From: an uncultured Bifidobacteriaceae bacterium
GTDB lineage: Bacteria; Verrucomicrobiota; Verrucomicrobiia; Limisphaerales; JADLHS01
Length of the DNA stretch: 43,892 bases
Direction: 5' to 3'
Assembly: GCA_964502895.1 (NCBI GenBank)
Contig: CAZCZP010000003.1
Location: 1 to 43,892, forward strand
Position numbers and translations under genes: made by a program. Of the stretch, positions 19,201 to 26,161 are shown piece after piece. The number at the start of each line of letters is the position of its first letter. Position 1 is the first letter of the stretch. Under the pieces are notes generated by a model. It was given only the letters and a program-made list of their open reading frames with translations, was not told the origin of the DNA and made no database searches.

Positions 19201-20031
19201 TATTTTGAGCTTGGGATGGGCAAGTATGTGCCAGGGCGGCGGCTTGAGGTGCTGGCGGAAGCAATGCCGTTTTTGCGGGGTCAGTTCGGGACGCATCAGG
19301 CGTTTGCCAACGCCGGCGTGGATGAAGTGCTGCGAGATTACAAAACTACCGTTCAGTATTTGGAGGCCAACTGTCTCGAAACGATCTTGTTGCTCAACCG
19401 CGGCGACAGACTGGAAAAGCGTGTGCTGCCCGCGGAAGCCCAGTTTGCGCCCGCGTTCGGCATTGTGGTTGCAGATTACGACGGCGACGGGCGCGAAGAC
19501 GTGTTCTTGAGTCAGAATTTCTTTGCGGAAGAACCGGAAACTTCGAGATGCGATGCCGGACGCGGCCTGTGGTTGAGAGGAGATGGTCGTGGTGGGTTGA
19601 ACGCCGTGCCCGGGCCGGAAAGCGGCGTCATGGTCTATGGCGAGCAACGGGCTGCAGCCGCGGCGGATTTCGACCGTGACGGCAGAGTGGATTTGGTGGT
19701 GACCCAGAACGCGGCGGAAACCCGGTTGTTCAGAAATCTCCGAGGCAAACCGGGATTGCGCGTGCGGTTGCAGGGGCCTCCCGGAAATCCGTTGGGCTAC
19801 GGCGTGCAGTTGCGGTTGAAGCGCGGCGAGCAACTCGGTCCAGTCCGTGAGGTCCGCGGCGGCGGAGGGTATTGGTCGCAAGACAGTCCGGTGCAGGTAA
19901 TCGGCGGAGTCGAGCCGCCGACGCAAATATGGGTGCGCTGGCCGGGCGGCAAGACTTTCACCGTGGACGTTCCGGCTGACGCTATGGAGGTACAAATCTC
20001 CATGGACGGACGAATCAGTCGTTTGAAATAG
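16228..20031 (+). CDS. CRTAC1-family-like exoprotein with two [FG-GAP/VCBS propeller + ASPIC/UnbV] modules
   Basis: GTG start with a hydrophobic N-terminus. Many Ca-binding repeats (GDVDGDGLCDLYF, VDFDGDGDLDLIV, ADYDGDGWLDLYV, HDLNGDGKPDIYV, ADVDGDGFEDIFV, ADLDNDGDLDAV…). Two ASPIC/UnbV segments (RVAVMLKGLPPNTRGIGAKIRVYGG… and GLRVRLQGPPGNPLGYGVQLRL…GGGYWSQDS). Confidence 0.9.
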   Translation: MKAQNRWSRSSKAKLAFAVFRFRNNHILLLVMLGCFSWRATGADYKWEDGPNFRRVKLHPNGAGKDGFTQLSPQETQIHFANTLSEERTLSSQILPSGSGVAAGDVDGDGLCDLYFGALKTGSRLYRNLGNWKFEDITGRTGVGCPNLDVTGAALVDFDGDGDLDLIVNSLGGGTHFFVNDGKGNFTGSKEVLNVGLGGMPLALADYDGDGWLDLYVANYRLNSIADRDVRYSLRTVGGELVVAAINGKPLTDPEWTNRFQFQIKHEGGNVRFAKEELGEPDVLYRNVGKGEFKQVPWTGGVFLDETGEPLKHPPFDWGLSVMFHDLNGDGKPDIYVCNDFNSPDRIWINAGQGRFRAMDWTAIRQIPFSSMGVDVADVDGDGFEDIFVCEMLSREHQRRLVQRPNSMPEVPSPGRIQDRPQHARNMLYLNRRDGTYAEVAQYAGLEASEWSWTPMFLDVDLDGYPDLLVANGFARDNMNVDALEAMHRASRGQPESAQVTIQQRRLFPKLATPNCAFRNLGGVRFTEVGRVWGFDSAVISQGMCLADLDNDGDLDAVANNFNSPASIYRNDAAKPRVAVMLKGLPPNTRGIGAKIRVYGGPVPAQSQQMICGGRYLSSDQPLRVFAAGALTNLLRIEVDWPRGSRSVVNGAVANFVYEINEAGAVPFTRQSAATNSPFFQDVSRLLSHEHHDDASDDFARQPTLPRRLSQLGPGLCWSDVDGDGWDDLAIGGGKGGALAVLMNDRQGGFTQSRVSTPAKPLTRDQTGVLAWPRTPERVVVLGGSANYEDGSADGASVLVHDPIAGTASGLIPARQESVGPLALGDLAGNDELALFVGGRMIAGKYPQAASSRIFRSRAGKLELDEASSKVLEQVGLVSGAVWSDLDGDGLPELLLACEWGPLKIFRNVNGKLHPWNPPVTTTTNSSSSTLNQLTGWWNGITTGDFDGDGRLDIIASNWGQNSKYERHRASPLRVYFGDFSGQGMHAVLESYFELGMGKYVPGRRLEVLAEAMPFLRGQFGTHQAFANAGVDEVLRDYKTTVQYLEANCLETILLLNRGDRLEKRVLPAEAQFAPAFGIVVADYDGDGREDVFLSQNFFAEEPETSRCDAGRGLWLRGDGRGGLNAVPGPESGVMVYGEQRAAAAADFDRDGRVDLVVTQNAAETRLFRNLRGKPGLRVRLQGPPGNPLGYGVQLRLKRGEQLGPVREVRGGGGYWSQDSPVQVIGGVEPPTQIWVRWPGGKTFTVDVPADAMEVQISMDGRISRLK

Positions 20032-20058
20032 CCAGCAGAACGGCATTTTGAGCCTGGG

Positions 20059-22389
20059 GTGGAAGAAGGCTTGACCTGTTTCCGCACCGATGGGAATTTC
20101 CACTCCACCGTGCGAGTCTGTTTTTATTATGTCCTGTTAGGTCTTTGCACGCTCTTCGCGAACGTTCGTGCGGCATCCACGACTGCGGGACCCGTACCTA
20201 CAAACTCAAACCCCCGCGCTGCGCTACGTTCGCTGCCGACTCCGGCCGAAAGCACACGGAAGATGATCCAACGGCTTGCGGAGATACGAGAGTCGCGGGA
20301 TCCGATCCAACTCAGCTTTTTGAGCGAACAACGAGCGGCAATGCTCGCGCCGATGATCGGGCGCAGCACCAATGCCCTGCAAACGGTGAATCTGCGATAC
20401 AGCCTGGCTGAAACACTGACGGAAGGCGGAGATCCCGAGGCGGCGCTCGAACAGTTCAAACTGATTGAGGACTTCGTAAAGTCGCTCCAACGGCCCCCTG
20501 AGGAGAAATGGCAGGCTGGCTTCCGCATGAGCAAGGCCATTGCCCTCCTTCGCCTTGGCGAACAGGAAAACTGTTTGCGACTTCACAATGCCGACTCCTG
20601 CCTTTTTCCGCTGCGCCCCGCCGCGTTCCACGAAGTCATTCGCGGTTCGCGCGGAGCGGTCACGGTGTTGAAAGAGCAATTGGAGAAACATCCGGACGAT
20701 CTGAGCGCGCGCTGGTTGATCAACATCGCCTATATGACGCTGGGCGAATATCCGGACAAAGTACCGCCGCAATGGCTCATTCCACCCAAGGCCTTCGAAT
20801 CGGATTACGCCTTGCCCCGGTTCCGAAATGTTGCCGGTGCTTTGGACCTGGATATTGACGGACTCGCGGGCGGATGCATCCTGGACGATTTCGAGAACGA
20901 TGGCTTTCTGGACGTGATTACGTCGTCAATGCATCTGGACGGCCAAATCCGCTACTTTCATAACGATGGCAACGGCAAGTTCACAGAGCGCACGACGGAA
21001 GCGGGCTTGCGCGGGCTGCCCGGGGGCCTGAATATCCAGCAAACCGATTGCAACAATGACGGCTTCCTCGACGTTTGGATCGAACGCGGCGGCTGGTATC
21101 AGAAACAGGGCCGCATTCCCGGTTCGCTGCTGCGCAACAACGGCGATGGCACGTTCACCGATGTGACCGAACAAGCGGGTCTGCTCAGCGCTCGTCCCTC
21201 GCAAACTTGCGTCTGGTTTGACTATGATGGAGACGGCTGGCTCGATCTGTTTAAGGGCAACGAAACCTCTGATCCGGCTGATCCCGATCCCTGCGAACTG
21301 TTCCGCAACAATCGCGACGGGACATTCACTGAATGGGCGGCGGCTTGTGGAGTGGATGCGAAGGCCATCGTAAAAGGTGTTGCCTGCGCGGATTATGACA
21401 ACGACCGCCGACCAGACCTCTACCTGTCAGTTTTGAACGGTCCGAACCAGCTGTTCCACAACGACGGCCCCAACGCTTTGGGCCAATGGAAGTTCAGCGA
21501 CGTTACTACTCGTGCGCGAGTCCGTGAACCGATCCTCAGTTTTCCAACCTGGTTTTTCGACTACGACAACGACGGTTGGGAAGACCTGTTCGTCTCGGGC
21601 TACAAGATGGGTAACCTCGGCGAAGTGGCCGCCGATTATCTTGACCTGCCACATGCAGGAACCCCGCCAAAACTTTATCGCAACAATCAGGACGGCACAT
21701 TTACCGATGCAACCGAGGCAATGAAACTCAGCCACGTGCTCCTCACGATGGGCTGTAATTTTGGCGATCTCGACAACGACGGCTGGCTTGATTTCTATCT
21801 TGGCACCGGCGAGCCCAGCCTTGGCTCGGTCATGCCCAATCGCATGTTCCGGAACGCCAGTGGAAAATTCTTTCAGGATGTTACTACGGCGGGCGGTTTT
21901 GGACATTTGCAAAAAGGCCATGGGGTCGGTTTCGCGGACCTCGACAATGACGGTGACCAGGATGTGTTCATCGTCCTGGGTGGCGCCTACCCCGGCGACC
22001 GGGCCCGAAGCGCGCTTTTCTTGAACCCGGGCAACAAGAATCACTGGATCAAACTCAAGCTGGAAGGAACCCGATCCAATCGAGCCGCCATCGGCGCGCG
22101 CATCAAGATTTCCGTCACCACGCCCGACGGCCCGCGGTCCATTCACAAGACGGTCAACAGCGGCGGAAGCTTCGGCTCATCGCCGTTGCTTCAGGAAATC
22201 GGTCTGGGAAATGCCACCGCCGTCGCGTCAGTGGAAATCTTTTGGCCCACCTCCGGCAGACGCCAGAAGCTCACCGGGTTTGAACTCGACCGGGCTTACC
22301 GCATCCGCGAAGACGGTTCGTCACCTGTGGTTTGGGAACTCAAGCAAGTCGTGTTCGAATCGTCGAAGGCTCACGCGCATGGCCATTGA
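20059..22389 (+). CDS. CRTAC1-family-like protein: helical (TPR-like) N-terminal region + FG-GAP/VCBS repeats + ASPIC/UnbV domain
   Basis: Repeats DDFENDGFLDVI, TDCNNDGFLDVW, FDYDGDGWLDLF, ADYDNDRRPDLY, FDYDNDGWEDLF, GDLDNDGWLDFY, ADLDNDGDQDVF. ASPIC/UnbV segment HWIKLKLEGTRSNRAAIGARIKISV…NSGGSFGSS. GTG start at 20059; an alternative GTG at 20110 would give the signal-like MRVCFYYVLLGLCTLFANVRAAS. Confidence 0.88.
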   Translation: MEEGLTCFRTDGNFHSTVRVCFYYVLLGLCTLFANVRAASTTAGPVPTNSNPRAALRSLPTPAESTRKMIQRLAEIRESRDPIQLSFLSEQRAAMLAPMIGRSTNALQTVNLRYSLAETLTEGGDPEAALEQFKLIEDFVKSLQRPPEEKWQAGFRMSKAIALLRLGEQENCLRLHNADSCLFPLRPAAFHEVIRGSRGAVTVLKEQLEKHPDDLSARWLINIAYMTLGEYPDKVPPQWLIPPKAFESDYALPRFRNVAGALDLDIDGLAGGCILDDFENDGFLDVITSSMHLDGQIRYFHNDGNGKFTERTTEAGLRGLPGGLNIQQTDCNNDGFLDVWIERGGWYQKQGRIPGSLLRNNGDGTFTDVTEQAGLLSARPSQTCVWFDYDGDGWLDLFKGNETSDPADPDPCELFRNNRDGTFTEWAAACGVDAKAIVKGVACADYDNDRRPDLYLSVLNGPNQLFHNDGPNALGQWKFSDVTTRARVREPILSFPTWFFDYDNDGWEDLFVSGYKMGNLGEVAADYLDLPHAGTPPKLYRNNQDGTFTDATEAMKLSHVLLTMGCNFGDLDNDGWLDFYLGTGEPSLGSVMPNRMFRNASGKFFQDVTTAGGFGHLQKGHGVGFADLDNDGDQDVFIVLGGAYPGDRARSALFLNPGNKNHWIKLKLEGTRSNRAAIGARIKISVTTPDGPRSIHKTVNSGGSFGSSPLLQEIGLGNATAVASVEIFWPTSGRRQKLTGFELDRAYRIREDGSSPVVWELKQVVFESSKAHAHGH

Positions 22390-25300
22390 GTTTGACCACC
22401 GGATCGGGCGACCGCGCCGTGAGTATGTTCGTCAGCATCTCGCGCTCTTGCGCGGCTGCGCATTGGGAATTCTGGCGGTGAAGATATCCTTGACCTCGCA
22501 CGCCGCCGATATTCAATGGGTTGCAGGAACCGGCTACCGTTCGGCCCCCTTGCCGCCCGCCGTTCAACAAGTCGAAAGCGGTTTTGCGCTCCTCCCACCC
22601 GGCGCCACTGGAATCAACTTCACGAACATTCTCACGGACGAGAAAACTGCGGAGAACCAGATTCGCCTCAATGGTTCGGGTCTGGCTTTCGGCGATGTTG
22701 ATGGCGACGGTTGGTGCGACGTTTACCTTTGCGGCTTGGAGAATGGCAATCGGCTCTACCGCAATCTTGGCGGGTGGAAATTCGAAGATGTCACCGGGCG
22801 GGCGGGCGTCGCTTGTGCCGATCAGTATTCGGGCGGCGCGGTATTGGCGGACGTCAACGGCGACGGCAGTCTGGACTTGCTCGTCACAGGACTGGGCGTG
22901 GGGACGAGGCTTTTTTTCAACGACGGCAAGGGAATTTTTCGTGAAGCCACCGAGAGCGGACTGGTCCGCAGATTTGCCGGCACCACCATGGCGTTGGCCG
23001 ACATTGATGGCGATGGCGACCTCGATTTATATGTCGCCAATTATCGGACCATGACAATCCGCACGACGGGCCTGCCTTTGCTAAGCATCAACGGCCAGCT
23101 CGCCATTCGTCCTGAAGATCGTGAGGATTATGAATTGAATGCCCAGGGACTCATCATTGAAAAAGGCGAGCCGGATTTTCTCTACGTCAACGATGGGCAT
23201 GGCCGGTTCGAGTCGGTTTCGTGGACCAACGGCGTTTTTCTCGACGACGCAGGCCAGCGATTCACGAAGGCTCCAAAAGACTGGGGACTTGCCGCGGCCT
23301 TCCGCGACCTCAATGGTGATGGCGCGCCAGACCTTTACGTGTGCAACGATTTCATCACGCCGGATCGCATCTGGCTCAATGACGGTCGTGGCCGTTTTCG
23401 GGCCTTTCCGAGCCTGGCTTTGCGCAACACCAGCACGTTTTCCATGGCGGTGGATTTCGCCGACATCAATCGCGATGGCTTCGACGACATTTTCCTGGCT
23501 GATATGCTGGACGTGAATCACCAGATGCGCATCGTTCAATTCCAGTTCACCGAACCGATGCCCGCGGGGCTGGCAGGGATGTTGGAGCGCGCTCAGGTTA
23601 ATCGGAACACGCTTCAGTTGAATCGCGGCGACGGCACCTACGCCGAAGCCGCCTATTACGCGGACATGGAATCCTCCGGCTGGACGTGGTCGGGCATTTT
23701 TCTGGACGTGGACCTGGATGGCTATGAAGACATGATCATGTCCACGGGCTACCCGTTTGACACGCAGGATTTGGACGCCGGCGCGCGCATTGCCGCCATG
23801 GGCCGGATGGGCAAGAACCAGAAGTACAAGATTCTCATGTATCCCAAACTGCGACTGCCGCGCATGGCGTTTCGCAACCTCGGCAACCTGCGCTTCGAGG
23901 ACACCAGCGCGCGGTGGCGATTCAACGACGTTGGCGTGAGTCACGGCATGGCGCTCGCGGACCTCGACAACGACGGCGACCTCGATGTGATCATGAACAG
24001 CTTGAACGAACCTGTCCGCATCTACCGAAATGACTGCACGTCGCCGCGGGCAGCCGTGCGTCTCAAGGGATTGTCGCCCAACACGCGCGGCATCGGCGCG
24101 AAGATTACTGTTCGCGGCGGCGCCGTTCCCGCGCAAAGCCAGGAAATGATGTCTGGCGGCCGCTACCTTGCCGGAGACGACTCCCTGCGCGTCTTCGCCG
24201 TTGGCTCTGAAACGAACAAAATGGCGATTGAGGTGGCTTGGCGCAGTGGCAAGAAAAGTGTGCTCACCAATCTTGCGGCAAATCGCATTTACGAAGTTGA
24301 CGAAACCGACGCGCGCACTTCCAAACCAGAATCAGGCATCCGGAATCCACTGTCTCCATTGTTTGAAGACGTCAGCCAACTGATTTCCCACAGCCACCAC
24401 GACGAACCCTTCGATGACTTTCAGCGGCAGCCGTTGTTACCAAGAAAACTGAGCCAGCTTGGTCCAGGCCTGGCCTGGGGCGATCTCGATGGAGACGGCC
24501 GGGATGACTTGGTCATCGGGAGCGGCAAAGGTGGGCGGCTGGCGGCGTTGCGCAACGACGGCAAAGGCGGATTCACGCGCTTCGCTGGAAAGGCATTCGA
24601 TGAAGCTGTGGTTCGTGATCAGACGGGCGTTGTCTTGTGGCACGGCAATGGTCGCGAGCCCAGAATTCTCGCCGGCTCGGCAGCCTACGAGCCGACCGCG
24701 AAAGAAGGGGCAAGCGTGCGGTCGTTTGATTCCGCCAGCGGTTCCGAACAAATCGCGGAGGAAACAGAATCCAGTGTCGGCGCGCTCGCATTGGGCGACG
24801 TTTACGGAGATGGCACGTTGTGTCTGTTTGTCGGCGGGCGTGTTGTGCCCGGGCGTTATCCCGAACCGGCAAGCTCGCGCCTCCATCGAAGCCGAAATGG
24901 CAAGTTCGGGTTGGACGATCAAGCCAAGGGCGTCCTCGATCAGGTTGGCCTGGTGAGCGGCGCGGTCTTCAGCGATCTCGACGGAGACGGATTTCCCGAA
25001 CTGATTCTCGCGTGCGAATGGGGTCCGCTCAAAATTTTCCGAAACGACCGGGGCCGACTCGTTCGCTGGGATCCGCCGGTAAAAACCATCAACCAACAAC
25101 TCTCAACCCTCAGCCAGTTCACCGGCTGGTGGAACGGCGTGACGGCGGCTGATCTTGATGGTGATGGCCGCATGGATTTGATCGCCGGTAACTGGGGACT
25201 GAACACAAAATATCGTGCGACTGCGGAAAACCCGCGAAAAATTTATTACGGTGACTTTGCGGAGAGCGGCGCGTTGACCGCGATCGAGGCATACTTTGAT

Positions 25301-26125
25301 CGAAGCTTGGGCAAGGAAGTTCCCGAACGCGAGTTTGATGCGATGGCCGCTGCGATGCCGTTTCTGCGCGGCAACTTCGCGACGCACCGCGCTTACGGTG
25401 CCGCCAGTGTGGCCGAGGTCCTGGGTGAACGGTTCAAGTCAGCGAAGCAAGTCAGCGCGAATACGCTTTCCTCCATGATTTTCTTGAATCGTGGTGATCA
25501 TTTCGAGGGCAGGGCACTGCCAACGGAGGCGCAATTGTCTCCGGCCTTCGGGATAGTGGCCGCTGATTTTGACGGCGATGGTGGCGAAGACATTTTACTC
25601 AGTCAGAATTTCTTTGCCGTTGAATCACAGTCCTCGCGTTGCGATGCGGGTCGCGGTTTGTTGTTGAAGGGCGATGGCAAAGGAAATCTGCGACCGGTGC
25701 CGGGCCAGGAAAGCGGCATCGCCGTTTACGGCGAGCAACGCGGCGCGGCCGCCGCGGATTTTAATCGCGATGGCCGCGTGGATTTTGCCGTGACTCAAAA
25801 CGCGAACGCTACAAAGTTATACCGGAATCTGGGCGCTCAGCCCGGTCTCCGTGTGCGCCTGGCCGGGCCGCCGGGGAATCCGACCGGGATTGGGGCCGTC
25901 CTGCGGCTCAGGTCTGGCGACCGCTTCGGACCCGCGCGTGAAATCCATGGCGGCTCCGGCTATTGGTCGCAAGACAGTCCGGTTCAAGTTCTGGCGCTTC
26001 TGCCCGAACCTCTGAAACTTTGGGTGCGTTGGCCCGGCGGTAAAACGACAATGGTTGATCTGCCCGCCGGCGTTCGCAATGTTGAACTCTCGATGGGAGG
26101 CAAGGTAACGGTTATGAGTGATTGA
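22379..26125 (+). CDS. CRTAC1-family-like exoprotein with two [FG-GAP/VCBS propeller + ASPIC/UnbV] modules; paralogue of 16228..20031
   Basis: Collinear by eye with 16228..20031 (for example RLYRNLGGWKFEDVTGRAGVAC vs RLYRNLGNWKFEDITGRTGVGC, and GLRVRLAGPPGNPTGIGAVLRL vs GLRVRLQGPPGNPLGYGVQLRL). The track ORF starts at 22211 inside the previous gene. The ATG at 22379 (MAIEFDHRIGRPRREY…) overlaps the upstream stop by 11 nt (ATGGCCATTGA). Confidence 0.9.
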   Translation: MAIEFDHRIGRPRREYVRQHLALLRGCALGILAVKISLTSHAADIQWVAGTGYRSAPLPPAVQQVESGFALLPPGATGINFTNILTDEKTAENQIRLNGSGLAFGDVDGDGWCDVYLCGLENGNRLYRNLGGWKFEDVTGRAGVACADQYSGGAVLADVNGDGSLDLLVTGLGVGTRLFFNDGKGIFREATESGLVRRFAGTTMALADIDGDGDLDLYVANYRTMTIRTTGLPLLSINGQLAIRPEDREDYELNAQGLIIEKGEPDFLYVNDGHGRFESVSWTNGVFLDDAGQRFTKAPKDWGLAAAFRDLNGDGAPDLYVCNDFITPDRIWLNDGRGRFRAFPSLALRNTSTFSMAVDFADINRDGFDDIFLADMLDVNHQMRIVQFQFTEPMPAGLAGMLERAQVNRNTLQLNRGDGTYAEAAYYADMESSGWTWSGIFLDVDLDGYEDMIMSTGYPFDTQDLDAGARIAAMGRMGKNQKYKILMYPKLRLPRMAFRNLGNLRFEDTSARWRFNDVGVSHGMALADLDNDGDLDVIMNSLNEPVRIYRNDCTSPRAAVRLKGLSPNTRGIGAKITVRGGAVPAQSQEMMSGGRYLAGDDSLRVFAVGSETNKMAIEVAWRSGKKSVLTNLAANRIYEVDETDARTSKPESGIRNPLSPLFEDVSQLISHSHHDEPFDDFQRQPLLPRKLSQLGPGLAWGDLDGDGRDDLVIGSGKGGRLAALRNDGKGGFTRFAGKAFDEAVVRDQTGVVLWHGNGREPRILAGSAAYEPTAKEGASVRSFDSASGSEQIAEETESSVGALALGDVYGDGTLCLFVGGRVVPGRYPEPASSRLHRSRNGKFGLDDQAKGVLDQVGLVSGAVFSDLDGDGFPELILACEWGPLKIFRNDRGRLVRWDPPVKTINQQLSTLSQFTGWWNGVTAADLDGDGRMDLIAGNWGLNTKYRATAENPRKIYYGDFAESGALTAIEAYFDRSLGKEVPEREFDAMAAAMPFLRGNFATHRAYGAASVAEVLGERFKSAKQVSANTLSSMIFLNRGDHFEGRALPTEAQLSPAFGIVAADFDGDGGEDILLSQNFFAVESQSSRCDAGRGLLLKGDGKGNLRPVPGQESGIAVYGEQRGAAAADFNRDGRVDFAVTQNANATKLYRNLGAQPGLRVRLAGPPGNPTGIGAVLRLRSGDRFGPAREIHGGSGYWSQDSPVQVLALLPEPLKLWVRWPGGKTTMVDLPAGVRNVELSMGGKVTVMSD

Positions 26126-26161
26126 CGCCGCCCGCAACTCCAACCGACAAGACCCGCTCCC

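Noticed and set aside
19012-20103. 363-aa minus ORF (likewise 17836..18333, 21427..22146, 23081..24136, 24437..25099, 25817..26437 on the minus strand)
   Set aside because: All lie antisense within the FG-GAP/ASPIC genes, whose plus-strand frames carry dozens of DxDxDG repeats. No independent motifs.
22211-22378. Upstream 56 codons of the 1304-aa track ORF
   Set aside because: They would overlap the preceding gene by 178 nt and translate to Pro/Ser/Arg-rich sequence. The ATG at 22379 gives a sensible N-terminus and an 11-nt coupling overlap.
16228-26125. Gla-domain-like substrate signature (propeptide + E-x-x-x-E-x-C cluster) in the CRTAC1-like proteins
   Set aside because: By eye I found no Glu-rich Gla-type segment. 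There are only isolated pieces such as GEQENC (in 20059..22389) and EEPETSRC. The substrate hypothesis therefore rests on gene context alone and is labelled as inference.
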